A stretch of DNA of 38,812 nt from Nemertoderma westbladi. Its lineage: Eukaryota > Animalia > Xenacoelomorpha. Below the pieces are notes generated by a model, which ran no database searches, had not been told where the DNA came from, and saw only the letters and a program-made list of their open reading frames with translations. Of the stretch, positions 23,001 through 38,000 are shown in pieces; the stretch's first letter is position 1, and each line of letters begins with the position of its first letter. Location: contig JAUCBJ010002319.1 in NCBI GenBank assembly GCA_032718475.1, forward strand, positions 1 to 38,812. The letters are read 5' to 3'. Both the position numbers and the translations under genes were made by a program.

Positions 23001-26000
23001 GTACGTTTGGGTCTATTTCATGTTGCGTTTGGACCAAAGTAAGGGTACGTTTGGGTCTATTTCATGTTGCGTTTGGACCAAAGTAAGGGTTCGTTTGGGT
23101 CTATGTAATGTTGCGTTTGGACCAATGTAAGGGTACGTTTGGGTCTATATATGTAATGTTGCGTTTGGACCAAAGTAAGGGTTCGTTTGGGTCTATGTAA
23201 TGTTGCGTTTGGACCAAAGTAAGGGTTCGTTTGGGTCTATGTAATGTTGCGTTTGGACCAAAGTAAGGGTTCGTTTGGGTCTATGTAATGTTGCGTTTGG
23301 ACCAAAGTAAGGGTTCGTTTGGGTCTATGTAATGTTGCGTTTGGACCAAAGTAAGGGTTCGTTTGGGTCTATGTAATGTTGCGTTTGGACCAAAGTAAGG
23401 GTTCGTTTGTGTCTATATATGTTATGTTGCGTTTGGACCAAAGTAAGGGTACGTTTGGGTCTATGTAATGTTGCGTTTGGACCAATGTAAGGGTACGTTT
23501 GGGTCTATGTAATGTTGCGTTTGGACCAAAGTAAGGGTTCGTTTGGGTCTATGTAATGTTGCGTTTGGACCAAAGTAAGGGTTCGTTTGGGTCTATGTAA
23601 TGTTGCGTTTGGACCAAAGTAAGGGTTCGTTTGTTTCTATTTCATGTTGCGTTTGGACCAAAGTAAGGGTACGTTTGGGTCTATTTCATGTTGCGTTTGG
23701 ACCAAAGTAAGGGTTCGTTTGGGTCTATGTAATGTTGCGTTTGGACCAAAGTAAGGGTTCGTTTGGGTCTATGTAATGTTGCGTTTGGACCAAAGTAAGG
23801 GTACGTTTGGGTCTATGTAATGTTGCGTTTGGACCAATGTAAGGGTACGTTTGGGTCTATGTAATGTTGCGTTTGGACCAATGTAAGGGTACGTTTGGGT
23901 CTATTTCATGTTGCGTTTGGACCAATGTAAGGGTACGTTTGGGTCTATGTAATGTTGCGTTTGGACCAATGTAAGGGTACGTTTGGGTCTATTTCATGTT
24001 GCGTTTGGACCAAAGTAAGGGTACGTTTGGGTCTATTTCATGTTGCGTTTGGACCAAAGTAAGGGTACGTTTGGGTCTATTTCATGTTGCGTTTGGACCA
24101 AAGTAAGGGTTCGTTTGGGTCTATTTCATGTTGCGTTTGGACCAAAGTAAGGGTACGTTTGGGTCTATTTCATGTTGCGTTTGGACCAAAGTAAGGGTTC
24201 GTTTGGGTCTATGTAATGTTGCGTTTGGACCAAAGTAAGGGTTCGTTTGGGTCTATGTAATGTTGCGTTTGGACCAAAGTAAGGGTACGTTTGGGTCTAT
24301 GTAATGTTGCGTTTGGACCAATGTAAGGGTACGTTTGGGTCTATGTAATGTTGCGTTTGGACCAATGTAAGGGTAAGTTTGGGTCTATTTCATGTTGCGT
24401 TTGGACCAATGTAAGGGTACGTTTGGGTCTATGTAATGTTGCGTTTGGACCAATGTAAGGGTACGTTTGGGTCTATGTAATGTTGCGTTTGGACCAAAGT
24501 AAGGGTTCGTTTGGGTCTATGTAATGTTGCGTTTGGACCAAAGTAAGGGTTCGTTTGTGTCTATATATGTTATGTTGCGTTTGGACCAATGTAAGGGTAC
24601 GTTTGGGTCTATTTCATGTTGCGTTTGGACCAAAGTAAGGGTACGTTTGGGTCTATTTCATGTTGCGTTTGGACCAAAGTAAGGGTTCGTTTGGGTCTAT
24701 GTAATGTTGCGTTTGGACCAAAGTAAGGGTTCGTTTGGGTCTATGTAATGTTGCGTTTGGACCAAAGTAAGGGTTCGTTTGGGTCTATGTAATGTTGCGT
24801 TTGGACCAATGTAAGGGTTCGTTTGGGTCTATGTAATGTTGCGTTTGGACCAAAGTAAGGGTTCGTTTGGGTCTATGTAATGTTGCGTTTGGACCAAAGT
24901 AAGGGTTCGTTTGGGTCTATGTAATGTTGCGTTTGGACCAAAGTAAGGGTTCGTTTGGGTCTATGTAATGTTGCGTTTGGACCAAAGTAAGGGTTCGTTT
25001 GGGTCTATGTAATGTTGCGTTTGGACCAAAGTAAGGGTACGTTTGGGTCTATGTAATGTTGCGTTTGGACCAAAGTAAGGGTTCGTTTGGGTCTATGTAA
25101 TGTTGCGTTTGGACCAAAGTAAGGGTTCGTTTGGGTCTATGTAATGTTGCGTTTGGACCAAAGTAAGGGTTCGTTTGGGTCTATGTAATGTTGCGTTTGG
25201 ACCAAAGTAAGGGTACGTTTGGGTCTATGTAATGTTGCGTTTGGACCAAAGTAAGGGTTCGTTTGGGTCTATGTAATGTTGCGTTTGGACCAAAGTAAGG
25301 GTTCGTTTGGGTCTATGTAATGTTGCGTTTGGACCAAAGTAAGGGTTCGTTTGGGTCTATGTAATGTTGCGTTTGGACCAAAGTAAGGGTTCATTTGGGT
25401 CTATGTAATGTTGCGTTTGGACCAAAGTAAGGGTTCGTTTGGGTCTATGTAATGTTGCGTTTGGACCAAAGTAAGGGTTCGTTTGGGTCTATGTTATGTT
25501 GCGTTTGGACCAAAGTAAGGGTTCGTTTGGGTCTATGTAATGTTGCGTTTGGACCAAAGTAAGGGTTCGTTTGGGTCTATGTAATGTTGCGTTTGGACCA
25601 AAGTAAGGGTTCGTTTGTGTCTATGTAATGTTGCGTTTGGACCAAAGTAAGGGTTCGTTTGGGTCTATGTAATGTTGCGTTTGGACCAAAGTAAGGGTTC
25701 GTTTGGGTCTATGTAATGTTGCGTTTGGACCAAAGTAAGGGTTCGTTTGGGTCTATGTAATGTTGCGTTTGGACCAAAGTAAGGGTTCGTTTGGGTCTAT
25801 GTAATGTTGCGTTTGGACCAAAGTAAGGGTTCGTTTGGGTCTATGTAATGTTGCGTTTGGACCAAAGTAAGGGTTCGTTTGGGTCTATGTAATGTTGCGT
25901 TTGGACCAATGTAATGGTACGTTTGGGTCTATGTAATGATGCGTTTGGACCAATGTAAGGGTACGTTTGGGTCTATGTAATGTTGCGTTTGGACCAAAGT

Positions 26001-29000
26001 AAGGGTTCGTTTGTGTCTATGTAATGTTGCGTTTGGACCAAAGTAAGGGTTCGTTTGGGTCTATGTAATGTTGCGTTTGGACCAAAGTAAGGGTTCGTTT
26101 GGGTCTATGTAATGTTGCGTTTGGACCAAAGTAAGGGTTCGTTTGGGTCTATGTAATGTTGCGTTTGGACCAATGTAATGGTACGTTTGGGTCTATGTAA
26201 TGATGCGTTTGGACCAATGTAAGGGTACGTTTGGGTCTATGTAATGTTGCGTTTGGACCAAAGTAAGGGTTCGTTTGTGTCTATGTAATGTTGCGTTTGG
26301 ACCAAAGTAAGGGTTCGTTTGGGTCTATGTAATGTTGCGTTTGGACCAAAGTAAGGGTTCGTTTGGGTCTATGTAATGTTGCGTTTGGACCAAAGTAAGG
26401 GTTCGTTTGGGTCTATGTAATGTTGCGTTTGGACCAAAGTAAGGGTTCGTTTGGGTCTATGTTATGTTGCGTTTTAACCAAAGTAAGGGTTCGTTTGGGT
26501 CTATGTAATGTTGCGTTTGGACCAAAGTAAGGGTTCGTTTGGGTCTATGTAATGTTGCGTTTGGACCAAAGTAAGGGTTCGTTTGGGTCTATGTAATGTT
26601 GCGTTTGGACCAAAGTAAGGGTTCGTTTGTGTCTATGTAATGTTGCGTTTGGACCAAAGTAAGGGTTCGTTTGGGTCTATGTAATGATGCGTTTGGACCA
26701 AAGTAAGGGTACGTTTGGGTCTATTTCATGTTGCGTTTGGACCAAAGTAAGGGTTCGTTTGGGTCTATGTAATGATGCGTTTGGACCAAAGTAAGGGTTC
26801 GTTTGGGTCTATGTAATGTTGCGTTTGGACCAATGTAATGGTACGTTTGGGTCTATTTCATGTTGCGTTTGGACCAAAGTAAGGGTTCGTTTGGGTCTAT
26901 GTAATGATGCGTTTGGACCAATGTAATGGTACGTTTGGGTCTATTTCATGTTGCGTTTGGACCAATGTAAGGGTACGTTTGGGTCTATGTAATGTTGCGT
27001 TTGGACCAATGTAATGGTACGTTTGGGTCTATGTAATGATGCGTTTGGACCAATGTAAGGGTACGTTTGGGTCTATGTAATGATGCGTTTGGACCAATGT
27101 AATGGTACGTTTGGGTCTATTTCATGTTGCGTTTGGACCAAAGTAAGGGTTCGTTTGGGTCTATGTAATGATGCGTTTGGACCAATGTAATGGTACGTTT
27201 GGGTCTATTTCATGTTGCGTTTGGACCAAAGTAAGGGTTCGTTTGGGTCTATGTAATGATGCGTTTGGACCAATGTAATGGTACGTTTGGGTCTATTTCA
27301 TGTTGCGTTTGGACCAATGTAAGGGTACGTTTGGGTCTATGTAATGATGCGTTTGGACCAATGTAATGGTACGTTTGGGTCTATTTCATGTTGCGTTTGG
27401 ACCAAAGTAAGGGTTCGTTTGGGTCTATGTAATGTTGCGTTTGGACCAAAGTAAGGGTTCGTTTGTGTCTATGTAATGTTGCGTTTGGACCAAAGTAAGG
27501 GTTCGTTTGGGTCTATGTAATGATGCGTTTGGACCAAAGTAAGGGTTCGTTTGGGTCTATGTAATGTTGCGTTTGGACCAAAGTAAGGGTTCGTTTGGGT
27601 CTATGTAATGTTGCGTTTGGACCAAAGTAAGGGTACGTTTGGGTCTATGTAATGTTGCGTTTGGACCAATTTAAGGGTACGTTTGGGTCTATGTAATGTT
27701 GCGTTTGGACCAATGTAAGGGTACGTTTGGGTCTATTTCATGTTGCGTTTGGACCAAAGTAAGGGTTCGTTTGGGTCTATGTAATGATGCGTTTGGACCA
27801 ATGTAAGGGTACGTTTGGGTCTATATAATGTTGCGTTTGGACCAATTTAAGGGTACGTTTGGGTCTATGTAATGTTGCGTTTGGACCAAAGTAAGGGTTC
27901 GTTTGTGTCTATGTAATGTTGCGTTTGGACCAAAGTAAGGGTTCGTTTGGGTCTATGTAATGTTGCGTTTGGACCAATGTAAGGGTACGTTTGGGTCTAT
28001 ATAATGTTGCGTTTGGACCAATTTAAGGGTACGTTTGGGTCTATGTAATGTTGCGTTTGGACCAAAGTAAGGGTTCGTTTGTGTCTATGTAATGTTGCGT
28101 TTGGACCAAAGTAAGGGTACGTTTGGGTCTATGTAATGTTGCGTTTGGACCAATGTAAGGGTACGTTTGGGTCTATTTCATGTTGCGTTTGGACCAAAGT
28201 AAGGGTTCGTTTGGGTCTATGTAATGTTGCGTTTGGACCAAAGTAAGGGTTCGTTTGGGTCTATGTAATGTTGCGTTTGGACCAAAGTAAGGGTTCGTTT
28301 GGGTCTATGTAATGTTGCGTTTGGACCAAAGTAAGGGTTCGTTTGGGTCTATGTAATGTTGCGTTTGGACCAAAGTAAGGGTTCGTTTGGGTCTATGTAA
28401 TGTTGCGTTTGGACCAAAGTAAGGGTTCGTTTGGGTCTATGTAATGATGCGTTTGGACCAATGTAAGGGTACGTTTGGGTCTATTTCATGTTGCGTTTGG
28501 ACCAAAGTAAGGGTTCGTTTGGGTCTATGTAATGATGCGTTTGGACCAATGTAAGGGTACGTTTGGGTCTATTTCATGTTGCGTTTGGACCAAAGTAAGG
28601 GTTCGTTTGGGTCTATGTAATGTTGCGTTTGGACCAATGTAAGGGTACGTTTGGGTCTATTTCATGTTGCGTTTGGACCAATGTAAGGGTACGTTTGGGT
28701 CTATGTAATGATGCGTTTGGACCAATGTAAGGGTACGTTTGGGTCTATTTCATGTTGCGTTTGGACCAAAGTAAGGGTTCGTTTGGGTCTATGTAATGTT
28801 GCGTTTGGACCAAAGTAAGGGTTCGTTTGGGTCTATGTAATGTTGCGTTTGGACCAAAGTAAGGGTTCGTTTGGGTCTATGTAATGATGCGTTTGGACCA
28901 AAGTAAGGGTTCGTTTGGGTCTATGTAATGTTGCGTTTGGACCAAAGTAAGGGTTCGTTTGGGTCTATGTAATGTTGCGTTTGGACCAAAGTAAGGGTAC

Positions 29001-32000
29001 GTTTGGGTCTATGTAATGTTGCGTTTGGACCAATTTAAGGGTACGTTTGGGTCTATGTAATGTTGCGTTTGGACCAATGTAAGGGTACGTTTGGGTCTAT
29101 TTCATGTTGCGTTTGGACCAAAGTAAGGGTTCGTTTGGGTCTATGTAATGTTGCGTTTGGACCAATGTAAGGGTACGTTTGGGTCTATATAATGTTGCGT
29201 TTGGACCAATTTAAGGGTACGTTTGGGTCTATGTAATGTTGCGTTTGGACCAAAGTAAGGGTTCGTTTGTGTCTATGTAATGTTGCGTTTGGACCAAAGT
29301 AAGGGTTCGTTTGGGTCTATGTAATGTTGCGTTTGGACCAATGTAAGGGTACGTTTGGGTCTATATAATGTTGCGTTTGGACCAATTTAAGGGTACGTTT
29401 GGGTCTATGTAATGTTGCGTTTGGACCAAAGTAAGGGTTCGTTTGTGTCTATGTAATGTTGCGTTTGGACCAAAGTAAGGGTACGTTTGGGTCTATGTAA
29501 TGTTGCGTTTGGACCAATGTAAGGGTACGTTTGGGTCTATTTCATGTTGCGTTTGGACCAAAGTAAGGGTTCGTTTGGGTCTATGTAATGTTGCGTTTGG
29601 ACCAAAGTAAGGGTTCGTTTGGGTCTATGTAATGTTGCGTTTGGACCAAAGTAAGGGTTCGTTTGGGTCTATGTAATGTTGCGTTTGGACCAAAGTAAGG
29701 GTTCGTTTGGGTCTATGTAATGTTGCGTTTGGACCAAAGTAAGGGTTCGTTTGGGTCTATGTAATGTTGCGTTTGGACCAAAGTAAGGGTACGTTTTGGT
29801 CTATGTAATGTTGCGTTTGGACCAATGTAAGGGTTCGTTTGGGTCTATGTAATGTTGCGTTTGGACCAAAGTAAGGGTTCGTTTGGGTCTATGTAATGTT
29901 GCGTTTGGACCAAAGTAAGGGTACGTTTGGGTCTATGTAATGTTGCGTTTGGACCAATTTAAGGGTACGTTTGGGTCTATGTAATGTTGCGTTTGGACCA
30001 ATGTAAGGGTACGTTTGGGTCTATTTCATGTTGCGTTTGGACCAAAGTAAGGGTTCGTTTGGGTCTATGTAATGATGCGTTTGGACCAATGTAAGGGTAC
30101 GTTTGGGTCTATATAATGTTGCGTTTGGACCAATTTAAGGGTACGTTTGGGTCTATGTAATGTTGCGTTTGGACCAAAGTAAGGGTTCGTTTGTGTCTAT
30201 GTAATGTTGCGTTTGGACCAAAGTAAGGGTTCGTTTGGGTCTATGTAATGTTGCGTTTGGACCAAAGTAAGGGTACGTTTGGGTCTATGTAATGTTGCGT
30301 TTGGACCAATTTAAGGGTACGTTTGGGTCTATGTAATGTTGCGTTTGGACCAATGTAAGGGTACGTTTGGGTCTATTTCATGTTGCGTTTGGACCAATGT
30401 AAGGGTTCGTTTGGGTCTATGTAATGTTGCGTTTGGACCAAAGTAAGGGTTCGTTTGGGTCTATGTAATGTTGCGTTTGGACCAAAGTAAGGGTTCGTTT
30501 GGGTCTATGTAATGTTGCGTTTGGACCAATGTAAGGGTACGTTTGGGTCTATGTAATGTTGCGTTTGGACCAATGTAAGGGTTCGTTTGGGTCTATGTAA
30601 TGATGCGTTTGGACCAATGTAAGGGTACGTTTGGGTCTATATAATGTTGCGTTTGGACCAAAGTAAGGGTACGTTTGGGTCTATTTCATGTTGCGTTTGG
30701 ACCAAAGTAAGGGTTCGTTTGGGTCTATGTAATGATGCGTTTGGACCAATGTAAGGGTTCGTTTGGGTCTATGTAATGTTGCGTTTGGACCAATGTAAGG
30801 GTACGTTTGGGTCTATGTAATGTTGCGTTTGGACCAATGTAAGGGTTCGTTTGTGTCTATGTAATGTTGCGTTTGGACCAATGTAAGGGTACGTTTGGGT
30901 CTATATATGTAATGTTGCGTTTGGACCAAAGTAAGGGTTCGTTTGGGTCTATGTAATGTTGCGTTTGGACCAAAGTAAGGGTTCGTTTGGGTCTATATAA
31001 TGTTGCGTTTGGACCAAAGTAAGGGTTCGTTTGGGTCTATGTAATGTTGCGTTTGGACCAATTTAAGGGTACGTTTGGGTCTATGTAATGTTGCGTTTGG
31101 ACCAAAGTAAGGGTACGTTTGGGTCTATTTCATGTTGCGTTTGGACCAAAGTAAGGGTTCGTTTGGGTCTATGTAATGATGCGTTTGGACCAATGTAAGG
31201 GTACGTTTGGGTCTATATATGTAATGTTGCGTTTGGACCAAAGTAAGGGTTCGTTTGGGTCTATGTAATGTTGCGTTTGGACCAAAGTAAGGGTTCGTTT
31301 GGGTCTATGTAATGTTGCGTTTGGACCAAAGTAAGGGTTCGTTTGGGTCTATGTAATGATGCGTTTGGACCAATGTAAGGGTACGTTTGGGTCTATATAT
31401 GTAATGTTGCGTTTGGACCAAAGTAAGGGTTCGTTTGGGTCTATGTAATGTTGCGTTTGGACCAAAGTAAGGGTTCGTTTGGGTCTATATATGTAATGTT
31501 GCGTTTGGACCAAAGTAAGGGTTCGTTTGGGTCTATGTAATGTTGCGTTTGGACCAAAGTAAGGGTTCGTTTGGGTCTATATAATGTTGCGTTTGGACCA
31601 AAGTAAGGGTTCGTTTGGGTCTATGTAATGTTGCGTTTGGACCAATTTAAGGGTACGTTTGGGTCTATATATGTAATGTTGCGTTTGGACCAAAGTAAGG
31701 GTTCGTTTGGGTCTATGTAATGATGCGTTTGGACCAATGTAAGGGTACGTTTGGGTCTATATATGTAATGTTGCGTTTGGACCAAAGTAAGGGTTCGTTT
31801 GGGTCTATGTAATGTTGCGTTTGGACCAAAGTAAGGGTTCGTTTGGGTCTATGTAATGTTGCGTTTGGACCAAAGTAAGGGTTCGTTTGGGTCTATATAA
31901 TGTTGCGTTTGGACCAAAGTAAGGGTTCGTTTGGGTCTATGTAATGTTGCGTTTGGACCAATTTAAGGGTACGTTTGGGTCTATATATGTAATGTTGCGT

Positions 32001-35000
32001 TTGGACCAAAGTAAGGGTTCGTTTGGGTCTATGTAATGATGCGTTTGGACCAATGTAAGGGTACGTTTGGGTCTATATATGTAATGTTGCGTTTGGACCA
32101 AAGTAAGGGTTCGTTTGGGTCTATGTAATGATGCGTTTGGACCAATGTAAGGGTACGTTTGGGTCTATATATGTAATGTTGCGTTTGGACCAAAGTAAGG
32201 GTTCGTTTGGGTCTATGTAATGTTGCGTTTGGACCAAAGTAAGGGTTCGTTTGGGTCTATATAATGTTGCGTTTGGACCAAAGTAAGGGTTCGTTTGGGT
32301 CTATGTAATGTTGCGTTTGGACCAATTTAAGGGTACGTTTGGGTCTATGTAATGTTGCGTTTGGACCAAAGTAAGGGTACGTTTGGGTCTATTTCATGTT
32401 GCGTTTGGACCAAAGTAAGGGTTCGTTTGGGTCTATGTAATGATGCGTTTGGACCAATGTAAGGGTACGTTTGGGTCTATATATGTAATGTTGCGTTTGG
32501 ACCAAAGTAAGGGTTCGTTTGGGTCTATGTAATGTTGCGTTTGGACCAAAGTAAGGGTACGTTTGGGTCTATTTCATGTTGCGTTTGGACCAAAGTAAGG
32601 GTTCGTTTGGGTCTATGTAATGATGCGTTTGGACCAATGTAAGGGTACGTTTGGGTCTATATATGTAATGTTGCGTTTGGACCAAAGTAAGGGTTCGTTT
32701 GGGTCTATGTAATGTTGCGTTTGGACCAAAGTAAGGGTTCGTTTGGGTCTATGTAATGTTGCGTTTGGACCAATGTAAGGGTACGTTTGGGTCTATGTAA
32801 TGTTGCGTTTGGACCAATGTAAGGGTTCGTTTGGGTCTATGTAATGATGCGTTTGGACCAATGTAAGGGTACGTTTGGGTCTATATAATGTTGCGTTTGG
32901 ACCAAAGTAAGGGTTCGTTTGGGTCTATGTAATGTTGCGTTTGGACCAAAGTAAGGGTACGTTTGGGTCTATTTCATGTTGCGTTTGGACCAATGTAAGG
33001 GTTCGTTTGGGTCTATGTAATGATGCGTTTGGACCAATGTAAGGGTACGTTTGGGTCTATATAATGTTGCGTTTGGACCAAAGTAAGGGTTCGTTTGGGT
33101 CTATGTAATGTTGCGTTTGGACCAAAGTAAGGGTTCGTTTGGGTCTATGTAATGTTGCGTTTGGACCAAAGTAAGGGTTCGTTTGGGTCTATGTAATGTT
33201 GCGTTTGGACCAAAGTAAGGGTTCGTTTGGGTCTATTTCATGTTGCGTTTGGACCAAAGTAAGGGTTCGTTTGGGTCTATGTAATGATGCGTTGGGACCA
33301 ATGTAAGGGTACGTTTGGGTCTATGTAATGTTGCGTTTGGACCAATGTAAGGGTACGTTTGGGTCTATGTAATGTTGCGTTTGGACCAATGTAAGGGTTC
33401 GTTTGGGTCTATGTAATGATGCGTTTGGACCAATGTAAGGGTACGTTTGGGTCTATATAATGTTGCGTTTGGACCAAAGTAAGGGTACGTTTGGGTCTAT
33501 TTCATGTTGCGTTTGGACCAAAGTAAGGGTTCGTTTGGGTCTATGTAATGATGCGTTGGGACCAAAGTAAGGGTTCGTTTGGGTCTATGTAATGATGCGT
33601 TTGGACCAATGTAAGGGTACGTTTGGGTCTATATATGTAATGTTGCGTTTGGACCAAAGTAAGGGTTCGTTTGGGTCTATGTAATGTTGCGTTTGGACCA
33701 AAGTAAGGGTTCGTTTGGGTCTATGTAATGTTGCGTTTGGACCAAAGTAAGGGTTCGTTTGGGTCTATGTAATGTTGCGTTTGGACCAAAGTAAGGGTTC
33801 GTTTGGGTCTATGTAATGTTGCGTTTGGACCAAAGTAAGGGTTCGTTTGGGTCTATGTAATGATGCGTTTGGACCAAAGTAAGGGTACGTTTGGGTCTAT
33901 GTAATGTTGCGTTTGGACCAAAGTAAGGGTTCGTTTGGGTCTATGTAATGTTGCGTTTGGACCAAAGTAAGGGTTCGTTTGGGTCTATGTAATGTTGCGT
34001 TTGGACCAAAGTAAGGGTTCGTTTGGGTCTATGTAATGATGCGTTTGGACCAATGTAAGGGTACGTTTGGGTCTATATAATGTTGCGTTTGGACCAAAGT
34101 AAGGGTACGTTTGGGTCTATTTCATGTTGCGTTTGGACCAAAGTAAGGGTACGTTTGGGTCTATGTAATGATGCGTTTGGACCAATGTAAGGGTACGTTT
34201 GGGTCTATATAATGTTGCGTTTGGACCAAAGTAAGGGTACGTTTGGGTCTATTTCATGTTGCGTTTGGACCAAAGTAAGGGTTCGTTTGGGTCTATGTAA
34301 TGATGCGTTTGGACCAATGTAAGGGTACGTTTGGGTCTATATAATGTTGCGTTTGGACCAAAGTAAGGGTTCGTTTGGGTCTATGTAATGTTGCGTTTGG
34401 ACCAAAGTAAGGGTTCGTTTGGGTCTATGTAATGTTGCGTTTGGACCAAAGTAAGGGTTCGTTTGGGTCTATGTAATGATGCGTTTGGACCAAAGTAAGG
34501 GTACGTTTGGGTCTATGTAATGTTGCGTTTGGACCAAAGTAAGGGTTCGTTTGGGTCTATGTAATGTTGCGTTTGGACCAAAGTAAGGGTTCGTTTGGGT
34601 CTATGTAATGTTGCGTTTGGACCAAAGTAAGGGTTCGTTTGGGTCTATGTAATGTTGCGTTTGGACCAAAGTAAGGGTTCGTTTGGGTCTATGTAATGTT
34701 GCGTTTGGACCAAAGTAAGGGTACGTTTGTGTCTATGTAATGTTGCGTTTGGACCAAAGTAAGGGTTCGTTTGGGTCTATGTAATGTTGCGTTTGGACCA
34801 ATGTAAGGGTACGTTTGGGTCTATGTAATGTTGCGTTTGGACCAATGTAAGGGTTCGTTTGGGTCTATGTAATGATGCGTTTGGACCAATGTAAGGGTAC
34901 GTTTGGGTCTATATAATGTTGCGTTTGGACCAAAGTAAGGGTACGTTTGGGTCTATTTCATGTTGCGTTTGGACCAAAGTAAGGGTTCGTTTGGGTCTAT

Positions 35001-38000
35001 GTAATGATGCGTTGGGACCAATGTAAGGGTACGTTTGGGTCTATTTCATGTTGCGTTTGGACCAAAGTAAGGGTTCGTTTGGGTCTATGTAATGTTACGT
35101 TTGGACCAAAGTAAGGGTTCGTTTGGGTCTATGTTATGTTACGTTTGGACCAAAGTAAGGGTTCGTTTGGGTCTATGTAATGTTGCGTTTGGACCAAAGT
35201 AAGGGTTCGTTTGGGTCTATGTAATGTTGCGTTTGGACCAAAGTAAGGGTTCGTTTGGGTCTATGTAATGTTGCGTTTGGACCAAAGTAAGGGTTCGTTT
35301 GGGTCTATGTAATGTTGCGTTTGGACCAAAGTAAGGGTTCGTTTGGGTCTATGTAATGTTGCGTTTGGACCAAAGTAAGGGTTCGTTTGGGTCTATGTAA
35401 TGTTGCGTTTGGACCAAAGTAAGGGTTCGTTTGGGTCTATGTAATGTTGCGTTTGGACCAAAGTAAGGGTTCGTTTGGGTCTATGTAATGTTGCGTTTGG
35501 ACCAAAGTAAGGGTTCGTTTGGGTCTATGTAATGTTGCGTTTGGACCAAAGTAAGGGTTCGTTTGGGTCTATGTAATGATGCGTTTGGACCAAAGTAAGG
35601 GTTCGTTTGGGTCTATGTAATGTTGCGTTTGGACCAAAGTAAGGGTTCGTTTGGGTCTATGTAATGTTGCGTTTGGACCAAAGTAAGGGTTCGTTTGGGT
35701 CTATGTAATGTTGCGTTTGGACCAAAGTAAGGGTTCGTTTGGGTCTATTTCATGTTGCGTTTGGACCAAAGTAAGGGTTCGTTTGTGTCTATGTAATGTT
35801 GCGTTTGGACCAAAGTAAGGGTTCGTTTGGGTCTATGTAATGTTGCGTTTGGACCAAAGTAAGGGTTCGTTTGGGTCTATGTAATGTTGCGTTTGGACCA
35901 AAGTAAGGGTTCGTTTGGGTCTATTTCATGTTGCGTTTGGACCAAAGTAAGGGTTCGTTTGGGTCTATGTAATGTTACGTTTGGACCAAAGTAAGGGTTC
36001 GTTTGGGTCTATGTAATGTTGCGTTTGGACCAAAGTAAGGGTTCGTTTGGGTCTATGTAATGTTGCGTTTGGACCAAAGTAAGGGTTCGTTTGGGTCTAT
36101 GTAATGATGCGTTTGGACCAAAGTAAGGGTTCGTTTGGGTCTATGTAATGTTGCGTTTGGACCAAAGTAAGGGTTCGTTTGGGTCTATGTAATGTTGCGT
36201 TTGGACCAAAGTAAGGGTTCGTTTGGGTCTATGTAATGTTGCGTTTGGACCAAAGTAAGGGTTCGTTTGGGTCTATGTAATGTTGCGTTTGGACCAATGT
36301 AAGGGTACGTTTGGGTCTATGTAATGATGCGTTTGGACCAATGTAATGGTACGTTTGGGTCTATTTCATGTTGCGTTTGGACCAAAGTAAGGGTTCGTTT
36401 GGGTCTATGTAATGATGCGTTTGGACCAAAGTAAGGGTTCGTTTGGGTCTATGTAATGTTGCGTTTGGACCAAAGTAAGGGTACGTTTGGGTCTATATAT
36501 GTAATGTTGCGTTTGGACCAATGTAAGGGTTCGTTTGGGTCTATGTAATGTTGCGTTTGGACCAAAGTAAGGGTTCGTTTGGGTCTATATAATGTTGCGT
36601 TTGGACCAATGTAATGGTACGTTTGGGTCTATTTCATGTTGCGTTTGGACCAAAGTAAGGGTTCGTTTGGGTCTATGTAATGATGCGTTTGGACCAAAGT
36701 AAGGGTACGTTTGGGTCTATGTAATGTTGCGTTTGGACCAATGTAATGGTACGTTTGGGTCTATTTCATGTTGCGTTTGGACCAAAGTAAGGGTTCGTTT
36801 GGGTCTATGTAATGTTGCGTTTGGACCAATGTAAGGGTGCGTTTGGGTCTATATAATGTTGCGTTTGGACCAATGTAATGGTACGTTTGGGTCTATTTCA
36901 TGTTGCGTTTGGACCAAAGTAAGGGTTCGTTTGGGTCTATGTAATGTTGCGTTTGGACCAAAGTAAGGGTTCGTTTGGGTCTATGTAATGTTGCGTTTGG
37001 ACCAAAGTAAGGGTTCGTTTGGGTCTATGTAATGTTGCGTTTGGACCAAAGTAAGGGTTCGTTTGGGTCTATGTAATGTTGCGTTTGGACCAAAGTAAGG
37101 GTTCGTTTGGGTCTATGTAATGTTGCGTTTGGACCAATGTAAGGGTACGTTTGGGTCTATATAATGTTGCGTTTGGACCAAAGTAAGGGTTCGTTTGGGT
37201 CTATGTAATGATGCGTTTGGACCAATGTAAGGGTACGTTTGGGTCTATATATGTAATGTTGCGTTTGGACCAAAGTAAGGGTTCGTTTGGGTCTATGTAA
37301 TGTTGCGTTTGGACCAAAGTAAGGGTTCGTTTGGGTCTATGTAATGTTGCGTTTGGACCAAAGTAAGGGTTCGTTTGGGTCTATGTAATGTTGCGTTTGG
37401 ACCAATGTAAGGGTGCGTTTGGGTCTATATAATGTTGCGTTTGGACCAAAGTAAGGGTTCGTTTGGGTCTATGTAATGATGCGTTTGGACCAATGTAAGG
37501 GTACGTTTGGGTCTATATATGTAATGTTGCGTTTGGACCAAAGTAAGGGTTCGTTTGGGTCTATGTAATGTTGCTTTTGGACCAAAGTAAGGGTTCGTTT
37601 GGGTCTATGTAATGTTGCGTTTGGACCAAAGTAAGGGTTCGTTTGGGTCTATGTAATGTTGCGTTTGGACCAATGTAAGGGTGCGTTTGGGTCTATATAA
37701 TGTTGCGTTTGGACCAATGTAAGGGTACGTTTGGGTCTATTTCATGTTGCGTTTGGACCAAAGTAAGGGTTCGTTTGGGTCTATGTAATGTTGCGTTTGG
37801 ACCAATGTAAGGGTACGTTTGGGTCTATATATGTAATGTTGCGTTTGGACCAAAGTAAGGGTTCGTTTGGGTCTATGTAATGTTGCGTTTGGACCAAAGT
37901 AAGGGTTCGTTTGGGTCTATGTAATGTTGCGTTTGGACCAAAGTAAGGGTTCGTTTGGGTCTATGTAATGTTGCGTTTGGACCAAAGTAAGGGTTCGTTT

